Virus record (IMG/VR): IMGVR_UViG_3300001242_000003
Coordinates: 1-63,296 of that record
Direction: 5' to 3' (one strand)
Length of the DNA stretch: 63,296 nt
From: a virus
Lineage: Duplodnaviria > Caudoviricetes
Part shown: one piece after another, positions 9,154-19,313 of the stretch
How the letters are laid out: every line of letters begins with the position of its first letter
How positions within the stretch are numbered: position 1 is the first letter of the stretch
Position numbers and translations under genes: made by a program
The notes under the pieces: model-generated
The model's database searches: none
What the model saw: the letters and a program-made list of their open reading frames with translations, nothing else
What the model was told of the DNA's origin: nothing

Positions 9154-10881
9154 ATGGCAGATTTACATTATTATGTTAGTGTAACAAATGGAAACGATAC
9201 AAATGATGGTCTTACCGTAGCAACTGCTTGGAAAACATTAACTAAAGCAGCTATAACTGTACCGTCACCAATTGATGGTTTTAATAATTACGTGCATTTT
9301 GCACCAGGAGTATATAGGGAAAAGTTTATTCCTGCAAACAGCGGAGCAAGTGCAACATCTAAGATTATTTTTAAAGGTGATCCTAGATGTGTGCATTTTG
9401 TCAGTGAAATACAAGGCAAATGTAGGATTACTGGGACAGATGCACAGGAAATGCCAACTGCTGGAGCGGTATTAGACTGGATTGATAGAACGAACGTAGA
9501 ATTGTGTAATTGTCAAGTAGATGGTAGCCAAACTATTGGTTCTACTTCTACTTATGCTATTGCTAACATTTCAATTTGCAGAAATGTACTAGTAATTTCA
9601 GTGGGCGGTTTTAACAATTGCACTTGTTATGAGTGCAAAGCATTATGCTCTTATAAGGGTTTTTTTACCTGTGTAGCACATAATTGTGTAGTTATTAGTG
9701 GATCTTATGGTTTTGATGGTGGTTCACTATATGGCTGTATAAGCATTGGTAGCCCAGTTAATTTCCTTAGTTGTACAACGTATAATTGCTTGGCTATTAG
9801 TGGCTCTAATGCGTTTTATAATTGCGCAGCATATAATTGTATGATTGTTGGCAGTTCAGTTGCAGCACCAGGTGGTACAATGCATAACTGCAATATTATT
9901 AATTGTGATAGTCCAACTACTGGTGGCAGTAGTACAACAGGATGCAAATCAGCATATACTAGAGCTTCATTGACGTCAAATGTAACAGCTATGAAGCATA
10001 TAGATGTTGATATATTATTTTCAGCTATAGCTAACTTGTTAAATATTAACCCTAGTAGCTTGAATAGGGGTAATATGACATTAATAGTTTCTTCTCTTTC
10101 TATGTCAAATACTATTAATTTAACGGTAGAAAGAGATTTGATATTTACTCCTTCGCAAATAGGAGCTTGCTTAGGAGCTAGTATTTTAGTTGCATCAAAG
10201 ACAATAAGTGGGAATGTAACCGTAGCATTACAAAAATATATAGTAGATACCTGGACAACGCAAAAATCAAAAACACTTCCAGTTTCGTTACTAGACCTTA
10301 CGTCATATACATTTTTTGAATGGGATACAACAGCAGACATTGGTGACAATAATTTAACAACAGATGCAAATACTTGGAGAATAGCAATAACTGCTGATAT
10401 AGAAGCTAGTGCTACAACGCTTTATGGTGTTAATGCTACGACTCCAGGATGTATGGCAAATATCATACCTTCTTGGGGAAATTATGATGCTCTTGGCCAA
10501 CCCATTAAAACTTCAACAATAATTGGAGCCTACGATATTGCAATGGTAACACTGGATCAAACTCTTTATCATACAGATGCACCTTCGGTTAAAATTAATG
10601 GTTCTGGCGTTAAAACACTTAAATTGCCTGTCAAGAAAAATGTTCCAGTAACGGTTAGTTATTGGGTTAGGCATGACGGGGCGATTGCTGGCATGGAACC
10701 GATGTTGGTTTTAAGTGGCAACGATATTGAAGAAGTAGTCGATACTCATAGTGTAGGTGCTAATACTTGGGAACAATTATCAGTTAATATTACTCCTCCT
10801 GTTGATGATATATTGAATGTATCATTAATTGCTAGAGATTCAAGTAAAAATGCGTGGTTTAGCGATCCTACAGTAGTTTAA
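9154..10881 (+). CDS. Putative tail spike / receptor-binding protein with Cys-rich beta-helix repeats
   Basis: YYVS..NGND.NDG.T...AWKT start; repeated NC/xC beta-helix-like units; C-terminal carbohydrate-binding-like domain. Confidence 0.55.
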   Translation: MADLHYYVSVTNGNDTNDGLTVATAWKTLTKAAITVPSPIDGFNNYVHFAPGVYREKFIPANSGASATSKIIFKGDPRCVHFVSEIQGKCRITGTDAQEMPTAGAVLDWIDRTNVELCNCQVDGSQTIGSTSTYAIANISICRNVLVISVGGFNNCTCYECKALCSYKGFFTCVAHNCVVISGSYGFDGGSLYGCISIGSPVNFLSCTTYNCLAISGSNAFYNCAAYNCMIVGSSVAAPGGTMHNCNIINCDSPTTGGSSTTGCKSAYTRASLTSNVTAMKHIDVDILFSAIANLLNINPSSLNRGNMTLIVSSLSMSNTINLTVERDLIFTPSQIGACLGASILVASKTISGNVTVALQKYIVDTWTTQKSKTLPVSLLDLTSYTFFEWDTTADIGDNNLTTDANTWRIAITADIEASATTLYGVNATTPGCMANIIPSWGNYDALGQPIKTSTIIGAYDIAMVTLDQTLYHTDAPSVKINGSGVKTLKLPVKKNVPVTVSYWVRHDGAIAGMEPMLVLSGNDIEEVVDTHSVGANTWEQLSVNITPPVDDILNVSLIARDSSKNAWFSDPTVV

Positions 10882-10894
10882 GGGAGATTATAAT

Positions 10895-11899
10895 ATGACA
10901 ATTATAAATTTAACCTCCCCTTTTATTGCTAATTATTTACTAATTAATGGGGAATATAATCATCCTTCTTATTCAATCTCACCTTTAGAAGGTGTTTTGT
11001 TCAAGGAAAATGCTAATATATTTTCTAATGTAAATAAATCATTATTAGATTATAATACTTCTTTTATTTATCTTACAGAAGATTTATCACCAGTTAATTA
11101 TTATTCTGCTACGGCAATTCAAGATTTACCAGGAAATGAGCATTTGGTAAACTTTGGTCCTTTGATTGCGGATCGCTTATATTTAATGTCGGCAATTCTG
11201 GAAAATGTTATTGTAGATGGTTTAAGGGTAGTTTCGTCTATAGAATCAGTAAGCGTTGATACTCTTAGAATTATTTCATCAGTACAAAGTATTATGGTTG
11301 ATACGCTTCGGGAAGTTTTAATTAGTGAAGACCGAAATATTGATTACGTTAACCTAATAACCTCAGAACATGCTGGCAGAGTGAAATTTATTTCTTGGTT
11401 AAAATTATTGCTTGAAAAAATGGATGGTACTGTTCAGCTATTAGAAATATTTAATTCATATTTTGACATTGAAACAGCTTCCGGCGTGATGCTTGATGTG
11501 TTAGGAGATATTGTTGGAGTTAAGAGGCTTATGAATTTTGAGCCATCAAACAATTTATCGCCGATTCTAAGCGATGAAAATTTTAGGTTATTGATAAAGG
11601 CTAAGATAGCAAAAAATCAATGGGACGGAACAATACAAAAAATTTACGAATTATGGTCCAGCCTTTTTAAAACCAAAACTCTTATTTTAAATGATAATCA
11701 GGACATGTCAGTATATGTTTTGGTCTTTGGCTTTATTGCTGGCATACAGCAAGATTTAGTAGCTAATGGCTATATTGTACCAAAACCGCAAGGAGTTAAA
11801 TTTTATTATGCTTTTCTGCAAGGTCCCGTTTTTTCGTATGGAATGGATAATGAGATATTTAAAGGATATAGCGAAGGAAGCTGGATTGATTTTGTTTAA
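10895..11899 (+). CDS. Baseplate wedge protein (DUF2612-like C-terminus)
   Basis: FDIETASG.MLD.LG.IVG..R; L.D..FR.LIKAKI.KN.WDGT; DNQDMS; PKPQGV. Confidence 0.75.
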   Translation: MTIINLTSPFIANYLLINGEYNHPSYSISPLEGVLFKENANIFSNVNKSLLDYNTSFIYLTEDLSPVNYYSATAIQDLPGNEHLVNFGPLIADRLYLMSAILENVIVDGLRVVSSIESVSVDTLRIISSVQSIMVDTLREVLISEDRNIDYVNLITSEHAGRVKFISWLKLLLEKMDGTVQLLEIFNSYFDIETASGVMLDVLGDIVGVKRLMNFEPSNNLSPILSDENFRLLIKAKIAKNQWDGTIQKIYELWSSLFKTKTLILNDNQDMSVYVLVFGFIAGIQQDLVANGYIVPKPQGVKFYYAFLQGPVFSYGMDNEIFKGYSEGSWIDFV

Positions 11900-11905
11900 A
11901 AAGAG

Positions 11906-12445
11906 GTGATACGTTTGTTTGGAAGTTCAAATTTTCTAGTTTTTAATGAAAGTTTATTAAATGTTCAGGATGATCCAACTTATACAGCTGATACTACGAG
12001 AATTAGTGGGCTTAATAACGGAATAGCTTCAACAGTTCTTCATAATAAGCTTTTTCGACAAGTGTCGATCATGGCTGCGGCGCTTGGAGAGCTTATTTCA
12101 ACACAAGGAAGAATTGCAAGTGACGCCAATCTTAATTTATTGTCTCAGGAGTTGCAAAAATCTATAGTTACCACTGGGGCTGACAATAAAGCAACTAAAA
12201 ACATTAATTCAATTTTGATTGATGTTGATACGAGGACAGTAACTATAAATAGATCCGGCGGAGAAATAAATGGAATTACAATTAAAGATCCAACTGATAA
12301 TTCAGTTGTTGAGGAAATTGTAATAAACAGGACTTCAGGATTACTTTCATCTATCCAGAAGACAGTAGGTAGCAAAGTAATAGCTTATACTGTTGTTAGA
12401 GATGGCGGCGGTTTAATTTCTGGTATAACGAAAAATGTTACATAG
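11906..12445 (+). CDS. Tail fibre-associated protein
   Basis: G.AS...NK.FRQ.S.MAAA anchor motif following the DUF2612-like gene. Confidence 0.55.
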   Translation: MIRLFGSSNFLVFNESLLNVQDDPTYTADTTRISGLNNGIASTVLHNKLFRQVSIMAAALGELISTQGRIASDANLNLLSQELQKSIVTTGADNKATKNINSILIDVDTRTVTINRSGGEINGITIKDPTDNSVVEEIVINRTSGLLSSIQKTVGSKVIAYTVVRDGGGLISGITKNVT

Positions 12446-12450
12446 GAGTA

Positions 12451-13017
12451 GTGGTAATGATGAGTACGGAAAATTTAGCTTTAATCGTTGATATTTTAGA
12501 TAAGATTGGTAGCGGTGCTGATTTAGCAGGATTAAGTACATTGTTTTCAAAGTTGGCACAGGTAAAAGATTATATTGATCAAATAGGAACAACAATAGGG
12601 CCAGCAAGCCCATCTTCCGGCGGAACTGATACTCTGTTTAAATATTTGAAAATGATTGATAATAAATTGCTATTTGGCGGGCAGATTAATGTTATGCAAA
12701 TTGAGCGGTCTACCTTGCCAGTGGCAACTTTAACAACAATATTTTCAGTTGCTGGTTCAGGCATTTTAGAATCGGTTTTTATTGAGCATTTTGGTTCGGT
12801 AATATATCCAAATATTTCATTTAGAATAATGGTTGACGGGGTTCAAGTTTTCAATACTCAAGGAAATATTGCGGCAAGTCAAATTCTTGGCTCTTCACCA
12901 AATACTCCTTTGCAAACAAATTTAAGATTTACTTCAAGTTTTGAAATAATTGGCTTAAATAATGATGTTGATGCTCATGATGTAGTTCCTTGGATAGTTT
13001 GGAGAACAGAAATATAA
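12451..13017 (+). CDS. Hypothetical tail protein
   Basis: End of the tail operon. Confidence 0.5.
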   Translation: MVMMSTENLALIVDILDKIGSGADLAGLSTLFSKLAQVKDYIDQIGTTIGPASPSSGGTDTLFKYLKMIDNKLLFGGQINVMQIERSTLPVATLTTIFSVAGSGILESVFIEHFGSVIYPNISFRIMVDGVQVFNTQGNIAASQILGSSPNTPLQTNLRFTSSFEIIGLNNDVDAHDVVPWIVWRTEI

Positions 13018-13060
13018 AAAAATGTTTGGTTGTTATTCGGTTACCGGAGGTGGAGGGGAT

Positions 13061-13279
13061 TTGGAAGCTAAAGTTTTGGAGATGGCAGCAAGCCAAGGTT
13101 TTTTCGCTGTACTTTTTGTTGGGCTTTTATTTTATGTGCTTCGAGAAAACTCAAAACGTGAAGCGCAGTATCAAAAAACAATTAATACATTAGCGCAAAA
13201 ATTAGATATTGCTGATGATATTAAAAAGGACGTATCAGAAATTAAAGTTCATGTTGAAAGACGAGGAAGGGGCGAATAG
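13061..13279 (+). CDS. BhlA/UviB-family holin-like protein
   Basis: A.SQGFFAVLFV.LL.YVL.EN.KRE..YQ..I..L; TTG start after GGAGG. Confidence 0.85.
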   Translation: MEAKVLEMAASQGFFAVLFVGLLFYVLRENSKREAQYQKTINTLAQKLDIADDIKKDVSEIKVHVERRGRGE

Positions 13280-13873
13280 ATGTTTAGGCTTATAGAGGAT
13301 CCCGGGCATGGAGGATTAGATGTTGGAGCTATAGGCGTAAATCCAAGTGGCGGGTTTTTATATGAGAAGAGTTTAAACTGGCAATTAGCTGTTGAAGTGT
13401 ATAACAAGCTTGTTGGTTATCCAATAGAAGTTGTTATTATTCAGCCAAGTTGTGATAATTCTAAAAGCACAGGCAAAGACGAACTTTATAAACCGGTAGC
13501 AATTGCTAATAGAATGCATAAACAAAAGCCAATTGATTTATTTCTTAGTCTACACACAAACGGCGGAAAAGGAACTGGAACTGAGATTTTTTGTGGTAAA
13601 AATGCTTCGCCTGCGTCATTAAAGCGCAGAGATATTCTTCATGACAATATAGCTCCCTACATGAAGTCATGGGGTTTTTGCGATAGAGGAGAAAAGGAAG
13701 CTGGGTTTTATGTCCTTACTTATACTAAGATGCCAGCTGTATTGATAGAAACTTTGTTTATTGATAATGCTAGGGACGCCAAAGCTCTTGTTAATCAGGA
13801 CTTTATGGCTGGTTTAGCAAGCTGTATAGCTGCTTCCATATGCAAAATGGCTGGAGTTAAATGGAAAGGATAA
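13280..13873 (+). CDS. N-acetylmuramoyl-L-alanine amidase (Amidase_3) endolysin
   Basis: DPGHGG, EK..N, SLHTN, PAVLIE..FIDN. Confidence 0.9.
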   Translation: MFRLIEDPGHGGLDVGAIGVNPSGGFLYEKSLNWQLAVEVYNKLVGYPIEVVIIQPSCDNSKSTGKDELYKPVAIANRMHKQKPIDLFLSLHTNGGKGTGTEIFCGKNASPASLKRRDILHDNIAPYMKSWGFCDRGEKEAGFYVLTYTKMPAVLIETLFIDNARDAKALVNQDFMAGLASCIAASICKMAGVKWKG

Positions 13874-13886
13874 AGGAGGAATTTTT

Positions 13887-14060
13887 ATGAACAAGTTAAA
13901 ATCTCGCAAATTTTGGATGGCTATTATAACTGCTATTGTAGCAGTAGCTAATAAAGGATTAGACCTAAACATTCCTGGCGAAGCGATTATTACAGCAGCC
14001 GGTGTTGTTACAGCTTATATTTTTGGTGAAGCTTATGTTGATGGGAAACAAAAACAATAA
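13887..14060 (+). CDS. Small holin
   Basis: MNKLKSRKFWMAII...AYIFGEAYVD, two TM segments; GGAGG RBS; not in ORF track. Confidence 0.8.
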   Translation: MNKLKSRKFWMAIITAIVAVANKGLDLNIPGEAIITAAGVVTAYIFGEAYVDGKQKQ

Positions 14061-14067
14061 CAAAAAA

Positions 14068-14101
14068 AAGCACAAGTTGAGTTAAAACTTTTCTTGTGCT
14101 T
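14068..14101. terminator. Hairpin terminator after the lysis module
   Basis: AAGCACAAG...CTTGTGCTT with A-run before and T-rich tract after. Confidence 0.55.
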
Positions 14102-14170
14102 TAATTATTTTGTTGGTATATTACCGTTTACTTTGTAATACATTTTAGTAATACAAGGGAGGTCGGTAAG

Positions 14171-14365
14171 ATGCAACAATACGCTAGGCCAATAAATTTA
14201 AGGTTAACCGAAAGGCAGTTTAAAGAATGTTTAGAAAACGGCGGGGTGTCAACTTATGTTAGATGGCTGATTGACCAAAGCATAGCGACCAAATACTCGT
14301 CAGTTTGTAGTAGTAAAAGAATAATAAAGGCTGTGGATGAAAGAAGGTTAGAGTGTGGCTATTAA
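14171..14365 (+). CDS. Small ribbon-helix-helix-like protein
   Basis: INLRLTE...VSTYVRWLIDQ; GGGAGG RBS. Confidence 0.5.
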   Translation: MQQYARPINLRLTERQFKECLENGGVSTYVRWLIDQSIATKYSSVCSSKRIIKAVDERRLECGY

Positions 14366-14439
14366 ATGTGTTGTTAACACATTTTATTCACACAGATTCT
14401 TATTTATTCCTATTTTAGTCTTTAGAGAGGAGAATATTT

Positions 14440-14790
14440 ATGGGAATTAAAAATAAGCTTAGTAAAGTTGGTTGTTTAATTGCTAACCACCTAGAAAGTA
14501 ATAAAAAACTTTACCTAGGTATTGGTTATTCAGTAGTTGTTGCTACTTTGTTTGATCCTAGCATGTGTTTTGCAGGAATTGAAGATGGTGGTAGAAGAAT
14601 ACACTCAAAAATAGTTTCAGTTGGTAAGTGGGTTATAATTATTAAGGGTAGTATTGATACAATTCAAGCTGTGTTAAATGGCGACTTCCCAGCAGCTAAG
14701 AAATTATTTTTTAGTTATTTATTATGCTTTGCTATAATGTTAGGTTTACCATGGGGAATGGATGAAATTGAGGGGGTATTCAAACAGTGA
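14440..14790 (+). CDS. VirB2/TrbC pilin-like membrane protein
   Basis: Leader ending P..CFA, then two hydrophobic helices separated by GD..AKK. Confidence 0.5.
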   Translation: MGIKNKLSKVGCLIANHLESNKKLYLGIGYSVVVATLFDPSMCFAGIEDGGRRIHSKIVSVGKWVIIIKGSIDTIQAVLNGDFPAAKKLFFSYLLCFAIMLGLPWGMDEIEGVFKQ

Positions 14791-14996
14791 AAGAAGCGTT
14801 TAAGGAAGCTATTATTGAGTTGCTTTTACAAGCGTTTAGTGCTGTTACTCATTGGTTGGTAAGTGTCAGTTATAGCGCAGCTTTAATAGGCGGAGCCATT
14901 TCGGTGTTGTTGTATGTTGCTGGCTGGCCTAAAGGAATGCGTTGCGTGGGTATTTTAGTGGTTGTTCATGTAGTATTTAGAACAGTTTTTAGTTAG
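14787..14996 (+). CDS. Small membrane protein
   Basis: Two to three hydrophobic helices; coupled to neighbours. Confidence 0.55.
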   Translation: MKEAFKEAIIELLLQAFSAVTHWLVSVSYSAALIGGAISVLLYVAGWPKGMRCVGILVVVHVVFRTVFS

Positions 14997-14998
14997 GA

Positions 14999-17359
14999 GT
15001 GAATAGAGTGAAGTCAATTAAATTTAGTGATGTTGTTAAGGTAGTGTATCCTGAATATGTGTATTTTAAATTAACGCCTGACAATTCAGCAAGAAATAAT
15101 TCTACTTACAAAATAGCTAAAACGATTAGTTCATTGTATAAAAATATTTTGCATAATGTTAAACGGGAGCAAGCAAAGGTTATTAAATTAACTGGCATTA
15201 AAAAGGATTTTTTATTTGGTACGAAATATTCAATTATGTTAAATCATAAAACTTCTTATTATATATATATTGAAAAACAAAAAATTGAGTTTTATTTTAT
15301 AGTGCCTAGATATTGTTTAAGCGTTATGTCGGAAAAGCTTAATGATGTTTGGCCAAATATTACTATTAGTGAGGTAAAAGAAGTTCCTGCATTTAGTGAA
15401 AAAGCTACCAAGCACCAACTCTTTTATAATAAAGAGGACGGCTTGAGCTTATCAGTTGACCGTAGGGCAAATGAATTGCTGGAAAGTAATCTTAATATAG
15501 TAGATGTTTTACATGATGGTGATAAAGTTGGTATATTTTATAACTTTATGCCGATATCGCAGTTTGGTTGGAAAGCTCAGTATAGGTCGACATTAGAAAA
15601 AGTCTCTAAGAGCTTGCCTGTTGAGCGTAATAAGTTAGGGCTAAGTTACTTGCTCAAGTCAGCTTTTGCGCTTGTTTATGGGCTTCTGAATAGCCTTGGT
15701 GAAGCTTTTGCTGGTGCTACTCCGCACATGTTGACTAAAGGAAATGAATTATTGTTTTTAGAAACCTTAAAGCAATTTAATGATAGCAAGAAAGTTTCAG
15801 ATGCAACAATTAAGAAAGGAAATGATATAGTTTTAAATACTCAAATATTAGTGCTAAGTGAAAGTTCCGATGAGGTTAGACAATTAAACAATGCAAAAAG
15901 CTTAGCACAAAGTTTTGATGCAGTAACTGAAGATAACAGCTTGATTTATAAGCAAACTTATAAAGATTTTAAGCCATTAAGTTTTTCACTAGGAACCGAA
16001 ATAAATAAAGTAAGTTCAGTTGAATGCTCAAGCTTTATAGCTTTGCCTGGTAAGGAATTGTTAGAAAAGTATTCATGTATAAATAAAATAAAAACGCAGG
16101 AAACACAGGTACCGGAAGAGCTTCAACATGGTGTTATGTGTTTAGGAGTTAATACGTTTAAAGGCAACAAACAATTAGCTTATTTAAGTACAGATTTTGA
16201 TTACCAGATGTTAAGTTTAGTCTTAATTGGGCCTAACCGGGCAGGTAAATCAAAGTTTTTGGCTAATATAGCTAAGAATGCTATTGATGAAGGAGAATGT
16301 GTAATACTGCCGGACTTTATAGGAAGTTGCCAGCTTAGTTCAGAGATAGCTAGTTGTATTGACAAAAGTAAAGTCCTTGAAGTGTATTGTGATAACTGGG
16401 ATACTTTACAAGGGCTTGGTTTTAATGAAGTTCCGCATAGTAATAATCCGTTCGTGCAATATAAAAATGCTAAGGAACAAACTGCCTTATTAATGACCTT
16501 AGTGGATAGTATAAACTCAGATGATGCTAATTTCACAGCTAGAATGGGACGGTACTTTGAAGCTGCAAGTTTAGCAGTATTTTTATCAAATGGCAGTATA
16601 AAAGATGTATTCGCAGTATTAATGAATAACAATGTTAGACGTGAATTTATAAATAAAATACCAAGCTCCCAAAAGGAAAATATGAAGGAGTATATCGAAT
16701 ACCTTTTAGAACTAAATCATATCGAAAAAGGTGTAATAGTAGGTACTAAAATACATTTGATCACTGGAGCAGTTGATAGGCTGCAAAAACTTAAAGTGAA
16801 TGCTTACTTAGAGTTAATGCTTAAAAAGGGTACAAAAGGCAATATTAATTTAGTCAAGGAAATGCAAAAGAATCAGCTTATTGTGATTAAAATGCCACAG
16901 AGAATGTTTCTAACTGATAATGAAAAAGATGTATATGTAACATATTGGTTAACGAAATTGTGGCTTGCCTTACAAATACGTGAGGAGCAGGTAGGGAATA
17001 GAAACAAATTGATTAAGGTAAACATGATAATTGATGAACTTTATCAAGTAAACAACGCTGAAAAGTTTCTTACTAAGAAACTAAGCCAGCTTCCTAAATT
17101 TAACCTAAAACCTATAATAAGTTGCCATTACTTAAATCAAATTAGATTCATTAGAGAAGAATTAAGAAGCGCAAACGCCAGTTATATGCTGATTGCGGGG
17201 TGCGATAAAAAGAACTTTAGTGAACTACAAAGTGAGCTTTACCCGTATACAGAGAATGATTTGTTAAGTTTGCCACGTTACCACAGCTTAAATCTAATTA
17301 AGTGTAATGACGGATATGGAAAATTTATAACGCATTTGCCAAAGCCACTTTCAAAATAA
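14999..17359 (+). CDS. VirB4/VirD4/HerA-like P-loop ATPase
   Basis: Walker A GPNRAGKS, Walker B MIIDE, SCHYLNQ motif. Confidence 0.65.
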   Translation: MNRVKSIKFSDVVKVVYPEYVYFKLTPDNSARNNSTYKIAKTISSLYKNILHNVKREQAKVIKLTGIKKDFLFGTKYSIMLNHKTSYYIYIEKQKIEFYFIVPRYCLSVMSEKLNDVWPNITISEVKEVPAFSEKATKHQLFYNKEDGLSLSVDRRANELLESNLNIVDVLHDGDKVGIFYNFMPISQFGWKAQYRSTLEKVSKSLPVERNKLGLSYLLKSAFALVYGLLNSLGEAFAGATPHMLTKGNELLFLETLKQFNDSKKVSDATIKKGNDIVLNTQILVLSESSDEVRQLNNAKSLAQSFDAVTEDNSLIYKQTYKDFKPLSFSLGTEINKVSSVECSSFIALPGKELLEKYSCINKIKTQETQVPEELQHGVMCLGVNTFKGNKQLAYLSTDFDYQMLSLVLIGPNRAGKSKFLANIAKNAIDEGECVILPDFIGSCQLSSEIASCIDKSKVLEVYCDNWDTLQGLGFNEVPHSNNPFVQYKNAKEQTALLMTLVDSINSDDANFTARMGRYFEAASLAVFLSNGSIKDVFAVLMNNNVRREFINKIPSSQKENMKEYIEYLLELNHIEKGVIVGTKIHLITGAVDRLQKLKVNAYLELMLKKGTKGNINLVKEMQKNQLIVIKMPQRMFLTDNEKDVYVTYWLTKLWLALQIREEQVGNRNKLIKVNMIIDELYQVNNAEKFLTKKLSQLPKFNLKPIISCHYLNQIRFIREELRSANASYMLIAGCDKKNFSELQSELYPYTENDLLSLPRYHSLNLIKCNDGYGKFITHLPKPLSK

Positions 17360-17437
17360 GTGGCATATTTTTTTGAAAGTGGTTTATATTTTATACTAGA
17401 TAGCTTTAAATATGACTCACTTATTTTAAATTTGCTA

Positions 17438-17466
17438 TTTACAAACAAATTATTTTATGTTATAAT
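17438..17466 (+). promoter_or_regulatory. SigA-type promoter TTTACA-N17-TATAAT
   Basis: Heads the replication operon. Confidence 0.75.
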
Positions 17467-17535
17467 TGTTATTAGCTTATTTAATATGTTTTTAATAATA
17501 GTAAACAAGAAATAGTAACAAGGAGGTACAATATT

Positions 17536-17925
17536 ATGAAAAGTGAAACTTTTGAAAGTGAATTAGCTTTGGAAGTAGAAGTAAAGCAAGAGGAGTGGGA
17601 AAAGATTACTTATATAGAAGTTAAATCAATACCTATTCCGGAAGCTACAAAAACCATACCTAAAGACAAAAGTTTTTATATTGATGAAAAAGCTAAAGTT
17701 GGCGTTATCATAGCTTTTAAAGTAAATGATGTAAAGGTTATCAGCGGAAAAATTGAAGAAATACATCAAGATTCTTTTGTTGTTGCAACTAAAAATGATG
17801 TGAGATTTACAGTAGCCAAAAGTAATGTGCTTTGGGTTAAAACTACAGACAGGTGGCCAAGAGGCATATACCTGGCGTTTAAAGGAGTTGTTGGTCCAGA
17901 TGAAAATAGAAGACCTAGTGCTTAA
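17536..17925 (+). CDS. Hypothetical protein
   Basis: AGGAGG RBS; first gene of the replication operon. Confidence 0.7.
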   Translation: MKSETFESELALEVEVKQEEWEKITYIEVKSIPIPEATKTIPKDKSFYIDEKAKVGVIIAFKVNDVKVISGKIEEIHQDSFVVATKNDVRFTVAKSNVLWVKTTDRWPRGIYLAFKGVVGPDENRRPSA

Positions 17926-18373
17926 GGCACACGAAGCCAAGTTAGCCATAGAAAAATATTCCAGTGAATTAGCGTCTTTGAAGCAATATATTCAAAAATA
18001 TTTTGATAAGTCAACTTCAGGTTTTGTTAGTGTTGATAACATTATTGCTTCAAAGCGCGAGCGTGTTGATATTACTTATTTTCCTGAAAAGCTTCGGGAA
18101 AGTTTGAGTAAAAAGATATTCAACAAAGTTACAAATAAGAAGTATTACATTAAGGATTTGGAAGGGCTAGTTGAGCTGTTAAAAGAGGCTGGTGTAAGTC
18201 CTTCCGAATTTAAAAAGCTTATTGACGTTGAAATAACTGTAAATAAGGAAGCAATGAAGCAAGCTTATGAAGTCGGCGACATTAGTAAAGAAGATCTTGC
18301 TGGTTGCTATTCAGCTAAAATAATTAAATATGTACAGCTTAATGAAGGAAAAGAAAAAGGTGGTACCGATTGA
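17900..18373 (+). CDS. Hypothetical protein
   Basis: ATG 17900 after AAGGAG (track start 17825). Confidence 0.65.
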   Translation: MKIEDLVLKAHEAKLAIEKYSSELASLKQYIQKYFDKSTSGFVSVDNIIASKRERVDITYFPEKLRESLSKKIFNKVTNKKYYIKDLEGLVELLKEAGVSPSEFKKLIDVEITVNKEAMKQAYEVGDISKEDLAGCYSAKIIKYVQLNEGKEKGGTD

Positions 18374-19313
18374 AGAATTCAAGCCTGGCGGAAGAGAATT
18401 AGCTAAGGTATTGCATTACTTTGGATTATTGGAAGGGGACAATGAATTTAAAATAATTTGTCCGTTTCATGAAGATATTAATCCGAGTATGTTAATAAAT
18501 CTGAATTCTGGTACTTTTTATTGTTTTGGTTGTGGTTTAAGCGGAGACGCTTATAATTTTATTAGGCACTTATTTCCCAAGCTTGATGGCCTTAAATGTT
18601 TAAAGGTTTATTTTAGAATCCTAAAAAGCAATAAAGTCAAAAAGCTTAATTTTGTTCGCAAGAAAATGTACAAGCCTAAGTCTTCAGAAAAGCAAGCACT
18701 TATAGAAGCTGAAGACTTTTATTATGGTCTTAAAACTATTAACTGGTTAAAAGATCAAAGCTTGGAAAAACAATACATGCGCCAAAGAGGGTTTTTGCCT
18801 TCAGCATTAAATTTGTGCAAGGCAAAACTTACATATAAAGATAACTATCCATTAGTATTCCCGATGTTTGATATGGAAGTATTCAAAGGCTGGGTTTGTA
18901 GAACAACTACAAAAAGAATTGAACAACAAAGAAAATACCTTTACAATACAGGTTTTAGCCGCGCTAATACTTTAGTTGGGAAATATAATTCTGGAACAGT
19001 GGTATTAGTGGAAGGCTACATGGATTGGCTCAAATTTAAACAGTTTGGGGTAACTAATGTAGCTGCAATACTTGGTTGGAAGGTTACTGAACAGCAAATA
19101 ACAAAGTTAAAAACACTTGGCGTTGAAACAGTTGTTTCAGCGTTAGATAATGATTTTTGTGGTGATAAAGGCACAGCTTATCTTAAAAACTTTTTTAATG
19201 TAGTAAGATTTAAGTTTCCTCAAAATATAAAAGATCCTGGAGAGTTAACTAGGGCGCAGTTTAAGCAAGCAAAAGAGGAAACACAAAAATTAGTCAGGAG
19301 GATAAATAATTGA
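18330..19313 (+). CDS. DNA primase (CHC2 zinc finger + TOPRIM)
   Basis: CPFHED...CFGC; VEGYMD; LDNDFCG; KDPGE. Confidence 0.9.
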   Translation: MYSLMKEKKKVVPIEEFKPGGRELAKVLHYFGLLEGDNEFKIICPFHEDINPSMLINLNSGTFYCFGCGLSGDAYNFIRHLFPKLDGLKCLKVYFRILKSNKVKKLNFVRKKMYKPKSSEKQALIEAEDFYYGLKTINWLKDQSLEKQYMRQRGFLPSALNLCKAKLTYKDNYPLVFPMFDMEVFKGWVCRTTTKRIEQQRKYLYNTGFSRANTLVGKYNSGTVVLVEGYMDWLKFKQFGVTNVAAILGWKVTEQQITKLKTLGVETVVSALDNDFCGDKGTAYLKNFFNVVRFKFPQNIKDPGELTRAQFKQAKEETQKLVRRINN

